Assembly: GCA_964411655.1 (NCBI GenBank)
Contig: CAYPMS010000008.1
Coordinates: forward strand, 812 to 64,811
Direction: 5' to 3'
Length of the DNA: 64,000 nucleotides
Source of the DNA: an uncultured Fibrobacter sp.
Lineage (GTDB): Bacteria > Fibrobacterota > Chitinivibrionia > Chitinivibrionales > Chitinispirillaceae
Positions 39,083 through 48,608 of this stretch are shown piece after piece (the first letter of the stretch is position 1; each line of letters starts with the position of its first letter). A program made the translations under genes and the position numbers. Below the pieces are notes generated by a model, which did no database searches, had not been told where the DNA came from, and worked only from the letters and a program-made list of their open reading frames with translations.

Positions 39083-40591
39083 CTAGAAAAGCGCAACACC
39101 GCTCATTTCGGGAGGTTGAGCGATTCCAAGGATCTTTAACATTGTAGGGGCAATATCAGCAAGCTTACCTCCCTCACGAAGCTTAAGGTCGCCATTTCCC
39201 ACTATGGTCAGAGGTACAGCATTGGTAGTATGCGCAGTCATTGGAGAACCATCAGCAAGCCTGGTCTGCTCTGCATTACCATGATCTGCAGTCAGAATAC
39301 AACAACCACCTTTTTCCAGCACCGCTTCCACTACATCATGAACACAGGTGTCCACTGTTTCCACAGCTGTTATGATTGCACTGAAGACTCCGGTATGCCC
39401 CACCATGTCACAATTAGCAAAATTACAGATGATTACATCATATTTATCGCTTTTTATCGCCTCGACCAGCTTATCCCGCACTTCAAAAGCACTCATTGAA
39501 GGAGCAAGATCATAGGTTGCCACTTTCGGACTATTGACCAGAATTCTATCTTCACCACTGAAAGGCTCATTCTTTTGTCCATTGAAGAAAAAGGTAACAT
39601 GAGCATACTTTTCTGTTTCTGCGCATCTTAACTGCTTAAGGCCATTTTTTGCCAGTACCTCTCCCAGAATATTGTTGTTTTCCATCTCTGGATATGCCTC
39701 TTCAAAATTTCCATTATCGTAATAATGGGTCATAGCAACAAAACAGGGAACAATAAATGGACGATTTTCAAATCCGCTAAAATCCTTTTCAACCATAGCT
39801 TTAGTTAATTGACGGGTCCTGTCAAAACGGAAATTGAAGAATATAAAAGCATCATTTGGAGTCATTCCATGGTAATCGATTATCCGCGGTTTGATAAATT
39901 CATCGGTCTGGTCTGCCTGATAAGATTGCTCGATCGCCTCTTTCCAGTTTCTTACCTTTATTCCTGCACCCTCGATTACAGCGCGATAAGCAAGCTCGGT
40001 TCTGTCCCAGCGGTTGTCTCTGTCCATTGCATAATACCGCCCGATCACTGAAGCTACTCTCCCCACTCCCACCTGATCGATTCCATCCTGAAGAAACTTC
40101 ATGTGTTCCAGAGCCGATTTGGGCGCAGTGTCTCTACCATCGGTGATCGCATGAATAAGCACATTGCTGAATTGACGTTTCTTACACAATTTCAACAGAG
40201 CGATGCAATGTCTGGTAACCGCATGAACCCCTTCCTCCTGAATCAGCCCCATAAGATGAAGTGCACCACCGTGCTTCTTAGCATAATCTATGGCCTTGTT
40301 GAAAGCTTCATTAGTAAAGAAGTCTCCATCACTGATTGATTTATCTATTCTGGTAAGGCTCTGATAAATAGTTCTTCCGGCCCCTATGTTCAAATGTCCA
40401 ACCTCACTGTTACCCATATACCCTTCAGGCAGTCCTGCACTTAAACCAGATGTTTCAATAAGAGTAGTCGGGTAATTCCTCTCATAAGCATCAGTAAATG
40501 GCGTTCTGGCTTTGTAAATAGCATTTGAATCCTCTTCATTACCCTTACCCCATCCGTCACGCAATATCAGACATACAGGCCGTTTCTTCAT
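39083..40591 (-). CDS. gpmI: 2,3-bisphosphoglycerate-independent phosphoglycerate mutase
   Basis: PVCLILRDGWG, GNSEVGHLNIGAGR, ADHGNAE and the roughly 500 aa length are characteristic of iPGM. Confidence 0.93.
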   Translation of the reverse strand: MKKRPVCLILRDGWGKGNEEDSNAIYKARTPFTDAYERNYPTTLIETSGLSAGLPEGYMGNSEVGHLNIGAGRTIYQSLTRIDKSISDGDFFTNEAFNKAIDYAKKHGGALHLMGLIQEEGVHAVTRHCIALLKLCKKRQFSNVLIHAITDGRDTAPKSALEHMKFLQDGIDQVGVGRVASVIGRYYAMDRDNRWDRTELAYRAVIEGAGIKVRNWKEAIEQSYQADQTDEFIKPRIIDYHGMTPNDAFIFFNFRFDRTRQLTKAMVEKDFSGFENRPFIVPCFVAMTHYYDNGNFEEAYPEMENNNILGEVLAKNGLKQLRCAETEKYAHVTFFFNGQKNEPFSGEDRILVNSPKVATYDLAPSMSAFEVRDKLVEAIKSDKYDVIICNFANCDMVGHTGVFSAIITAVETVDTCVHDVVEAVLEKGGCCILTADHGNAEQTRLADGSPMTAHTTNAVPLTIVGNGDLKLREGGKLADIAPTMLKILGIAQPPEMSGVALF

Positions 40592-40883
40592 TTCGAAAGT
40601 TCTCCTTGAGAAAAAATTTTATATCTGTTCCGCTTAAGACAACCTTTGGATAGTTTATCAAGCGAATTAAAGATTACCGCCTCCGTTAACTCTCTTTAAC
40701 CCCAAGATCGGGCAGAGCCAAAATGAAAGCCTTTAAATATAGTAAAAAAACCTTTATTTCAAAGCAGAAACTCTGAAATAAAACCCTGAACCAGAAACAA
40801 ATATTTTTGTTTTTCTGCCCGCAGAAAGGCTATCTTTAAGGGTTAAAAAACTGCAATCTGAATTTTGTCTTCTTATAAGGGAA

Positions 40884-41876
40884 ATGATCATGCGATCTGC
40901 TTCTTACACCTATTTATCTGAAGATGATTGGAATGAGCGTATCTCCAGAATAGATGTTATCGCCGAAAATTGCCAACTCTGCCCCAGACGTTGCCGGGTA
41001 AACCGACTTGTTGGTGAAAAAGGATTTTGTGCTGCACCCTCAGAAATGATCATCTCCAGTATTTTCCCCCATCATGGCGAAGAACCCCCGATTTCCGGTG
41101 AAAAAGGTTCCGGAACTGTCTTCTTTTCTTATTGCACACTAAAGTGTTGTTACTGTCAGAATTATCAGATCTCTCACGAACACGAAGGAAAAACTTACTC
41201 GATTGAGGAACTGGCCGACAAAATGCTTCATCTTCAGGAGCTAGGATGTCATAACATAAATCTGGTTACCGCCACTCATTTTCTCCCCTGGATTCTTAAA
41301 GCATTAAGGATAGCGGCCAAAAAAGGCCTCAGTCTCCCTATCGTTTATAATTGCGGCGGTTATGAGCTCTGCTCCACAATATCACTTCTTTCCGGTATAG
41401 TTGATATATATCTCCCTGATATGAAATATGGTATAGAAAAAGCCGCAGCAGAGTATTCATGTGCGCCTGATTATGTGCAAATCAACAGAGATGCTATTCG
41501 AGAGATGTTTCGCCAGACAGGACCATTACGTCTAGATTCGGACGGAATAGCATGGAGAGGTCTTTGTATACGCCATCTGGTTCTTCCCGGTAATCTGGAA
41601 TCCAGCAAATCGATCTATGAATTTCTCAGATCAGTTTTTGATCCCGAAGATATCTCTATCAGTCTCATGGCTCAATACAAACCTCTTTATAAAGCAGATC
41701 AATTCGAAACGCTAAGGGAAACTTTATCCCCGGAAAGTTACTCTTTTGTCAAAGAATTATTCATTTCTGCAGGATTTGGCGGGTACTATCAGGAATTGGA
41801 ACAGTTGGACAAATCATTTCTTATAGATTTTAAGAGTCATAAGGATAAGCCACTGACCGGTCAAATAGCTGAGTAG
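40884..41876 (+). CDS. Radical SAM protein, PflX-like (putative glycyl-radical activase-like) family
   Basis: An N-terminal CQLCPRRCRVNR cluster is present, plus the SAM cluster YCTLKCCYCQN. Confidence 0.75.
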   Translation: MIMRSASYTYLSEDDWNERISRIDVIAENCQLCPRRCRVNRLVGEKGFCAAPSEMIISSIFPHHGEEPPISGEKGSGTVFFSYCTLKCCYCQNYQISHEHEGKTYSIEELADKMLHLQELGCHNINLVTATHFLPWILKALRIAAKKGLSLPIVYNCGGYELCSTISLLSGIVDIYLPDMKYGIEKAAAEYSCAPDYVQINRDAIREMFRQTGPLRLDSDGIAWRGLCIRHLVLPGNLESSKSIYEFLRSVFDPEDISISLMAQYKPLYKADQFETLRETLSPESYSFVKELFISAGFGGYYQELEQLDKSFLIDFKSHKDKPLTGQIAE

Positions 41877-42488
41877 CTGTTTCGAGCCCTAGTATAAATG
41901 TAGTCTTTACCCTGAAAAGGTTTCCGAGCCCTGTATATAATTATATAAATCAGCTCAGTCTGGAAAGCCTGTTACGATTCCGAGTAAACACTTAACCGGA
42001 GGTTTGAAAATTTTTACAAGCCTGAAGTCACATATTTCCAAGGCGGAGAGTTTTTACCAGGCCGCGCAATGGTGAATGAAAAATTATGCAATGGAAAATG
42101 CCAGTAGTGTCCGCTTACGAAGACAATAGAAGATTGTGTAAAAGTAGAGCAGGCAAACAAATTCCAAATCACAAGTATCAAATTTTATTCTAATCAGAGT
42201 TTTTTGAGCTTGCGTTTTGTCTTTTTTGAACCCGCTTTTAATCTTTTTGTAGAGTCCATATCAGTATCGCGGGACTGTTTTATAACAGTTTTGAGGAAAA
42301 ATCTGGCACACCGGTAAAAAATCTGCGCCAAAAAGAGTGCTTTGAGGGTAGCCCAGCCCCACCTTCTCTTTTTTCCAAACATCTTAAAAAAACTCCCGGC
42401 AAAAAGTTGGTATATCAGTTGCCCCATATCAATATAAGTGAAATAGCGATTAAATACCAACTACCCTTTTGGAGGCCATTTTACGATC

Positions 42489-43322
42489 ATGGAGAAATTA
42501 CCATGTAAATCGACTGCCATAATAGAAACAGTCGAGGGGAATAAGATTCTGGACCTGGATGTTCCATTTGTTCCTACACCGTTTGAAATAGTCAATGATA
42601 TGCTTGCCATGACCTGTATTCGCCCGGGGGATAAATTATATGATCTGGGCTGTGGTGATGGAAGAATAGTGATTACAGCTGCAAAAAAATATAATATTAA
42701 TTGTATAGGAGTAGACCTCGATCCCCGAAGACTCCAGGAATGCCGCAGTAATGCCCTGAAAGCTTCGGTCTCTGACAAAGTAACATTTTTGCAAAACAAT
42801 CTCTTTGATATTGACCTTCACGATGCTTCAATAGTATCGATTTACCTTCTGTCCAACATCAATCTTAAACTCCGTTCAAAACTGTTTGATGAGCTAAGAC
42901 CTGGAAGCCGTGTCATCTCTCATGATTTCAATATGGACCGGTGGCTGGCAGATAAAAGCGTATCCAGAGACAATCACTCGCTGTTTCTTTGGACCATTCC
43001 AGCAAATATGTCGGGTAACTGGCGATGGACTCTTCCTTTTTTCTCGGAGAATCTTAAATTTTATATGAACATAAAGCAACATTTCCAGAAAGCTCACGCC
43101 AGCATTATTACTCCTGAGAATGCACTGGTGAAAGCCATATCCATCTGTGGCAACTCTATCCGTATAAAACTCCAGATTATCAGTAACAGACATCTGATAC
43201 CAGTCCATCTGAGTGGAAAACTAACAGAAGATAATATAGAGGGCAGATTCAGAATTTCCGGGTTGAATGATGAGAACTGGTATGCATCACGAGAAAAAGA
43301 TTCAAAAACGAATATTATATGA
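42489..43322 (+). CDS. Class I SAM-dependent methyltransferase with uncharacterised C-terminal domain
   Basis: VPFVPTP...KLYDLGCGDGRIVITAA...GVDLD is SAM-binding motif I plus post-I. The C-terminal roughly 110 aa have no recognised motif. Confidence 0.75.
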   Translation: MEKLPCKSTAIIETVEGNKILDLDVPFVPTPFEIVNDMLAMTCIRPGDKLYDLGCGDGRIVITAAKKYNINCIGVDLDPRRLQECRSNALKASVSDKVTFLQNNLFDIDLHDASIVSIYLLSNINLKLRSKLFDELRPGSRVISHDFNMDRWLADKSVSRDNHSLFLWTIPANMSGNWRWTLPFFSENLKFYMNIKQHFQKAHASIITPENALVKAISICGNSIRIKLQIISNRHLIPVHLSGKLTEDNIEGRFRISGLNDENWYASREKDSKTNII

Positions 43323-43326
43323 AGCA

Positions 43327-43362
43327 GAGGGTCACCTTTTTAGGTGCCCTCCACTTCTTTTT
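43327..43362. terminator. Hairpin terminator between convergent genes
   Basis: GAGGGTCACC (43327-43336) pairs with GGTGCCCTC (43343-43351) with one bulged T. CACTTCTTTTTT follows on the plus strand. Confidence 0.5.
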
Positions 43363-44076
43363 TCACAGCTTTAATATGCGATTTGCCCGCTCTTCCGCTG
43401 AGAGTACCTTCCTTTTAGCGATAGCTCCCATATCAAGAGGAAATTCATGCAGTGTGCTTTTATCAACATAGAGAACTGTTCTTTCTTCAGGATCTACACT
43501 CCCAAGGTATATTCCATCATTTTCAAGCGTAAAAGTTACCTTTTCAGAACTGCTGTGCGATGAATAAACCGTTATACTATGAGTACCTCGTCTTAACAGG
43601 CGAATTCCCCAGTATTCTTCTATTGGCACATTTGCTTCAGCGGAAACAGTACCTAAATCATACTCTGCGCAAAGTGAATAGCCTCTCCGGTTACTGGTAA
43701 CGACCAGAAGTTTTGTCTGAAGATTCCAGATTCTGCCAGACCAGCTTACTCTGGAAAACATGTATGCGTAATCAGTATAACCATCACCATTAAAATCGGC
43801 TTCGATATAAGAAGGGAGATTTTCATTATCTCTGGGTCCTATATCAGGGTAAATTTCAGGTCCGTACATGTCTACTTCAGGCATACTGAATCCAACGACA
43901 TATCCGGCAATAATCTCCTGTATTTCCAAAGGTATGTACACATAGGAATCTATATGGTAGGTATCTTCAACCTCATATTCCACCTCGACATATGGGCAAG
44001 GGTCTAAAATAACTTCACATCCATTAAGGACAGTCAGCAGAGCTGAAACCGCAATTATACTTTTCCACATACTCAT
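43363..44076 (-). CDS. Putative lipoprotein with a DxNGDGxxD calcium-binding-like motif
   Basis: The preferred start is ATG 44076 (RBS AAGGTGAGG). The lipobox is LLTVLNGC. EADFNGDGYTDY is an FG-GAP/VCBS-like motif. Confidence 0.55.
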   Translation of the reverse strand: MSMWKSIIAVSALLTVLNGCEVILDPCPYVEVEYEVEDTYHIDSYVYIPLEIQEIIAGYVVGFSMPEVDMYGPEIYPDIGPRDNENLPSYIEADFNGDGYTDYAYMFSRVSWSGRIWNLQTKLLVVTSNRRGYSLCAEYDLGTVSAEANVPIEEYWGIRLLRRGTHSITVYSSHSSSEKVTFTLENDGIYLGSVDPEERTVLYVDKSTLHEFPLDMGAIAKRKVLSAEERANRILKL

Positions 44077-44251
44077 ATTCCCCTCACCTTCTTTTTTCTG
44101 TTTTCCCTTTAGTTTTATTTCTTCCGGAAACAAGCACTATTTTGCCTTGCTGGCTTTTACCGTTGCTGTTTTTCTGCTCCATCTTTACCTGGCTGCTGCT
44201 TTTGTTAAGTTTACCGGACTAATTATCACTTCTTTTGTCATTTTTGTGGTG

Positions 44252-44857
44252 TTAATAATGCTTCTCATTTTTGTGATGTTGACCTTGCCTATTTTCATAC
44301 CTTTGCGGTTTGTTATAGTAATGTTTTTCATGGTGTTTGTTAACCGGATGAGGCCGGCCATAATCTACATGATGCTTTTTAAAAACAGGTTTATATTCAT
44401 GCCGGTAAACTGTGTAATTGTGATGATCGTGACTGGGACTTCTGTACTCATAGACATAGACCTTTTTACTTTTGTTATAGACTCTATGCCAGTTTGTATG
44501 AACTACCGGATGATAGAATACATGGTTATGATGCAAATTGCAGGAATGATGACAGTAATTTGTCTTAATCATCCATGGACCGAATACCCAGGAATTGTTT
44601 ATAGTATGAAATGTAACCTTGCGATATCTCAGTACATGAGCACCATCCCAAATCGACCACTGATATTCAAAACTCACCCGTAATGGTCCACTGCTCTCAC
44701 ACTCTTCAAACCATGGATCACCATCATCCACATAATCTGCTTCCACCTCATATTCGCAAGCAGAATGAGTGTTGCCGATGCTCAGGTGAAAGTTCATCTC
44801 TGCAAAAATCACTGTCGGGATAAGCATTGCTGTAGAGATCAGGTGCAACTTTTTCAT
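44252..44857 (-). CDS. Secreted protein with His/Tyr/Lys-rich C-terminal half
   Basis: AAGGAG lies 7 nt upstream of the ATG, and the signal peptide is MKKLHLISTAMLIPTVIFA. In the C-terminal roughly 100 aa about one residue in five is His (CHHSCNLHHNHVFYHP...KHHVDYGRPHPVNKHHEKHYY...GQHHKNEKHY). Confidence 0.6.
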   Translation of the reverse strand: MKKLHLISTAMLIPTVIFAEMNFHLSIGNTHSACEYEVEADYVDDGDPWFEECESSGPLRVSFEYQWSIWDGAHVLRYRKVTFHTINNSWVFGPWMIKTNYCHHSCNLHHNHVFYHPVVHTNWHRVYNKSKKVYVYEYRSPSHDHHNYTVYRHEYKPVFKKHHVDYGRPHPVNKHHEKHYYNKPQRYENRQGQHHKNEKHY

Positions 44858-45049
44858 TTCTTACTCCTTTTTTAGATTTTTACTGCGAAGAGCGTTTTGC
44901 GCTTCTGCCTAATAGATGCTTAAGAGGAGAAAATCCGCTCATCTTTTTTTATCTTCAGATAAAGCAGCATTTTGTAAGGACTTTAATTCTGTTTTGGAGC
45001 TTGGCCCCAAAGTATATATTTTTACGAATTAACGAAAAAAAGCAAAAAT

Positions 45050-46018
45050 ATGGCTGCTACACAAAAAACACTGATAACCGGAATAACCGGCTTTGTAGGC
45101 AAATGGCTTTCCGAATATCTGATCAGCAGGAATCTGGAAGTATACGGAGTTGATCGCTGGGCGCAATGTCCTTACGAAGGGGTAAACTATCAGCAGATCG
45201 ATATCTTAAACACCAGTTTGCTGGGCAAGTATCTTCAGAGTGTTCAACCTGACACAATCTACCATCTTGCAGCAATCAGTTTTCTTCCCGAAGCCGATCT
45301 TTCTCCGGGCCATGCTCTGGAAATTAACATAATGGGTACGGTTTCGATTCTGGATGCCCTTAAGCAACACTGCCCCTCTGCAAAGATTCTTCTTATTGGT
45401 TCTTCAAAAGAGTATAGCGATGAAATCAACTCTGAGCAGGTTTCAGAATCTATCCATCCATCACCTACCAACTTTTACGGAATCTCCAAATATGCAGCAG
45501 AACTGATAGGCCAGCAGTATCATCGTCAATATGGTCTGGATGTAAGATGCACCCGCTCTTTTAATCATACCGGCCCGGCACAATCTCCACGTTTTGTCTG
45601 TTCTGACTGGGCAAAACAGGTTGCTTCCATTGAGCTTGGTTTAACAGATGCTACGATATCGGTTGGAAATCTGGATTCAGTTATCGATTTTACCGATGTA
45701 AGAGATGTGGTCAGAGCCTACCACTCAATCCTGGATAATGGAACCAGCGGCAGAGTATACAATGTCTGCAGCGGAAAAGGTGTCTCTTTGCAATGGATTC
45801 TTAATTTTCTTATTTCTAAATCAACAAAAGAAATAACCATAAGCTCTGATGAAAAGAAGCTGCGCTCCCACAAAACCAACACAATAATGCTGGGTGATAA
45901 TTCTCTTCTGAAAAATGAGACCGGCTGGAAGACCCTCATTCCATTTGAAAAAACACTGAACGATCTGTACCTTTACTGGCTGGAAAATCTGCAGAAGCAG
46001 TCATCTGAATCACTCTGA
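45050..46018 (+). CDS. NAD-dependent sugar-nucleotide epimerase/dehydratase/reductase (extended SDR)
   Basis: GITGFVGKWL is the Rossmann motif and YGISK is the catalytic YxxxK. The length and pattern resemble GDP-sugar reductase/dehydratase enzymes. Confidence 0.8.
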   Translation: MAATQKTLITGITGFVGKWLSEYLISRNLEVYGVDRWAQCPYEGVNYQQIDILNTSLLGKYLQSVQPDTIYHLAAISFLPEADLSPGHALEINIMGTVSILDALKQHCPSAKILLIGSSKEYSDEINSEQVSESIHPSPTNFYGISKYAAELIGQQYHRQYGLDVRCTRSFNHTGPAQSPRFVCSDWAKQVASIELGLTDATISVGNLDSVIDFTDVRDVVRAYHSILDNGTSGRVYNVCSGKGVSLQWILNFLISKSTKEITISSDEKKLRSHKTNTIMLGDNSLLKNETGWKTLIPFEKTLNDLYLYWLENLQKQSSESL

Positions 46019-46039
46019 AATACCCGGATAAAAAAAAAA

Positions 46040-46069
46040 AGAGCCGCAAGTTTCATCAACTGCGGCTCT
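46040..46069. terminator. Bidirectional rho-independent terminator
   Basis: AGAGCCGCA (46040-46048) pairs with TGCGGCTCT (46061-46069). The 11-nt A-run just upstream gives a T-run for the minus-strand OmpA-family gene. Confidence 0.65.
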
Positions 46070-46156
46070 TCCGTTCTGTAAGCACTTCACTTCCGGAGCA
46101 TTTCACACCAGAAGCAATTCTTCTTCCTGGGCATTCAATCCCAGAAAAAGGATATT

Positions 46157-48589
46157 TTAATAGCTGCTTTTGATTTTTGCCTGCTTCACCATTTCCCTTA
46201 TCACAGCTTCCCTTTCTCTCAAAGCGTCATATTGATCGTTTGTCTCGATAATTTTAAATTCTACCCGGCGGTTAATCGCTCTTCCGTCAGCAGTGCTGTT
46301 ATCAGCTACAGGCATAGACTCTCCATATCCGATAGCAATCAGGTTGGAGTCATGAACCCCTTTCATTATCAGATATCCTCTTACTGTTGCAGCACGGGCA
46401 GCAGAGAGCACCAGGTTGAAATCATCGGAACCCTGAGAATCGGTATGTCCCTGTATTTCATAGCGCAAATGAGAGTACTGCTTCAGGAAAGAAACGATAT
46501 AATCCAGTGCAGCAAAGGAACCCGGGAGCAGCACGGCACTTCCTGACTTGAAGTTAATTGCTCTTAACTGTGTGTTAAGGACTTTGGTCTCTTTTTCGGT
46601 TGGTTTGACAAGAGTATCCGGACAGCCGTCATCATCTCTGTAACCATTATAAACCTCTGGTGAGTCAGGACACTGATCCAAAGAGTCTGCCACCCCATCC
46701 TTGTCGTTATCGAAATCAGGACAGCCGTCATCATCTTCGAACCGGTCGATATCTTCGGCCTGAAGCGGGCATTTGTCCAGTTTATCCTCTATACCATCAT
46801 TATCGTTGTCCAGGTCCGGACAGCCATCATCATCCATATTGTTATCCATGTCCTCGGCTTCATTGATACATTTATCAAGACTGTCAGTCACCCCGTCCTT
46901 ATCGTTGTCATAATCCGGACAACCGTCATCATCTTCAAACCCATCCTTGTCTTCCGGGTCGTTGGGACATTTATCAAGAGTGTCTGGTATGTTGTCCTGA
47001 TCATTGTCAAAATCCAGACATCCATCCTGATCCATGAAACCATCTTTATCCTCTGCTACTGATGGGCACTTGTCATCCTTATCCAGGATTCTATCCTTGT
47101 CTGCATCCGAAGTCAATCCCCAGTTTAACTGGAATCCTGCCGCCAGCTCAATACCACGTTTTGGAACCCATACAGGAGTACCAATTGATTTGCAACTGAA
47201 GTTAAAGGTGCCAACCCTTGCTTTTATTCCAAACCCGAAAGCAGAGGCAATTTTTTCCGGACCACCAAAAACATAACCGATGCGGAAAGGGAAATGACCA
47301 CGTAACATTCCGGTTTCTCCCCCAACAGAGATTCTGGGTATGAAAGAGCGCCCCGGCCCGCCATCAAGCTGCTGCTCATAGTTTGCAGCCACATTTACAT
47401 ATTGAGCAAGCATAGGATGAGATTTTGAAAAGTTCCAGGAATAGGAATAACCGATATTCAAAGACAAGGGAAGAAGTGTTGTAAAGGCATTTGTCTTCTG
47501 AAGCGTGTCGTTAACCAGTTGATCGAAAATATACAGTTCAGGCTTTCCATTATTATCTTCTGCCTCTTCAACACCCTTGATTATATCATAAACATTTACA
47601 TTTTTATCTCTCAACTGATAGCTGGCTTCCTTGGCGTCCCTCATCCAGAAAATTACTCCAAGATTCTGCACATTTATTGAGAATTTAGCATTTTTATTAT
47701 ACAGAATACCTCCTATATCCACTCCGATTCCATGACCGGAAACCGGCAATCCACTGCTGAAAGGATTCTCAAATCTCCAGGGACCAGAGAAACCGCTTCC
47801 TGCAGTACGTACATTGACCGATCCATCCACTTCAATATCATTGGAGTTCTCGTTATAATAAAGGCTTCCTGATTTGGTTTCTGCCACCAGTGCCGAATGT
47901 CCCATGACATATTTAATTCCCACTCCACCGGCTCCCTGTTCCAGCCTGAAGAAATTATGTAAAGCTGGAATGTTGACTGGCAGCCCCATAAGAACGGAGA
48001 AATCGGTGGCCCAAACCGATTTCTGACTCAGATTGCTGAAATCCAGTTTATTACCCTTTCTGAGGCCTTTGTCTGCTCCAAACAGGATCATCAAGGGTCC
48101 TTCCGGAATCTTTGATTCACTATTAAAATGAGTAGTAATATCAAATCCAAACCGGTTTCCGGCAACGCTAAGAAGAGTGGTACTGAAACCGCTGTAAATT
48201 GAGAGTCCCCCCTGCAGTTCTTTTTCCAGTTTTCTGGTAACCTCTTCTTCACTTAATCCATCCAGTCGAAAACTTCTTTTAAGAACTTTGGTTATCAGAG
48301 CAGAAAGTTCCTCATTGTCATCAACACTGTAACGGTTGGTTGGTGACAATGCCAGTTTATCGCTCCATTCACCTACACTGAAATTAGTCAACGGAAGTAT
48401 GAGTCCACCTTTGGGGGTTCTATTGACACCCAGGATTGCAGGGTTATTAAATGCAGCTTCAAAAGAATGACCGGTAACATTGCGTCCCTGAGTAAAACCC
48501 AACCCGGAGGTAGTAGGATCAATTGCAGCAGTAACAGATAACTGTAAAAACAATAATATGCCAATTCCCGCTATAATTTTCATATTCAT
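46157..48589 (-). CDS. Outer-membrane protein: N-terminal beta-barrel, thrombospondin type-3 (Asp-rich Ca-binding) repeats, C-terminal OmpA peptidoglycan-binding domain
   Basis: A signal peptide is present, with an FNNPAILG motif at the start of the barrel. Repeated DxDxDGxxDxxDKCP...EDxDGFxDDDGCPD units follow. The OmpA-like C-terminus is GHTDSQGSDDFNLVLSAARAATV...NRRVEF. Confidence 0.85.
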   Translation of the reverse strand: MNMKIIAGIGILLFLQLSVTAAIDPTTSGLGFTQGRNVTGHSFEAAFNNPAILGVNRTPKGGLILPLTNFSVGEWSDKLALSPTNRYSVDDNEELSALITKVLKRSFRLDGLSEEEVTRKLEKELQGGLSIYSGFSTTLLSVAGNRFGFDITTHFNSESKIPEGPLMILFGADKGLRKGNKLDFSNLSQKSVWATDFSVLMGLPVNIPALHNFFRLEQGAGGVGIKYVMGHSALVAETKSGSLYYNENSNDIEVDGSVNVRTAGSGFSGPWRFENPFSSGLPVSGHGIGVDIGGILYNKNAKFSINVQNLGVIFWMRDAKEASYQLRDKNVNVYDIIKGVEEAEDNNGKPELYIFDQLVNDTLQKTNAFTTLLPLSLNIGYSYSWNFSKSHPMLAQYVNVAANYEQQLDGGPGRSFIPRISVGGETGMLRGHFPFRIGYVFGGPEKIASAFGFGIKARVGTFNFSCKSIGTPVWVPKRGIELAAGFQLNWGLTSDADKDRILDKDDKCPSVAEDKDGFMDQDGCLDFDNDQDNIPDTLDKCPNDPEDKDGFEDDDGCPDYDNDKDGVTDSLDKCINEAEDMDNNMDDDGCPDLDNDNDGIEDKLDKCPLQAEDIDRFEDDDGCPDFDNDKDGVADSLDQCPDSPEVYNGYRDDDGCPDTLVKPTEKETKVLNTQLRAINFKSGSAVLLPGSFAALDYIVSFLKQYSHLRYEIQGHTDSQGSDDFNLVLSAARAATVRGYLIMKGVHDSNLIAIGYGESMPVADNSTADGRAINRRVEFKIIETNDQYDALREREAVIREMVKQAKIKSSY
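46612..47111 (-). repeat. Coding tandem repeats (TSP type-3-like units) inside the OmpA-family gene
   Basis: There are four to five imperfect units encoding D.D.DG(I/V).D.LD(K/Q)CP...ED.D.F.DDDGCPD. They are visible at both the protein and DNA level. Confidence 0.75.
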
Positions 48590-48608
48590 TTTTTCTCCGT
48601 AAAGTGAG

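Noticed and set aside
42194-42799. Two minus-strand ORFs: 42461-42799 (112 aa) and 42194-42460 (88 aa, hydrophobic N-terminus and very basic tail).
   Set aside because: The 42461-42799 ORF is antisense to the well-supported SAM methyltransferase and has odd composition. The 42194-42460 ORF has only a TTG start or an internal ATG without an RBS, and no recognisable motif. It could be real, but I cannot support it.
44147-44683. A 178-aa extremely hydrophobic plus-strand ORF (Met/Val/Ile/Phe-rich) that looks like a multi-pass membrane protein.
   Set aside because: It is the exact antisense of the His/Lys/Asn/Tyr-rich gene. CAT/CAC, AAA, AAT and TAT/TAC read backwards give ATG/GTG, TTT, ATT and ATA/GTA, so the hydrophobicity is a mirror artefact. 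It starts with TTG, has no RBS and has no signal logic. The minus-strand gene has a good RBS and signal peptide.
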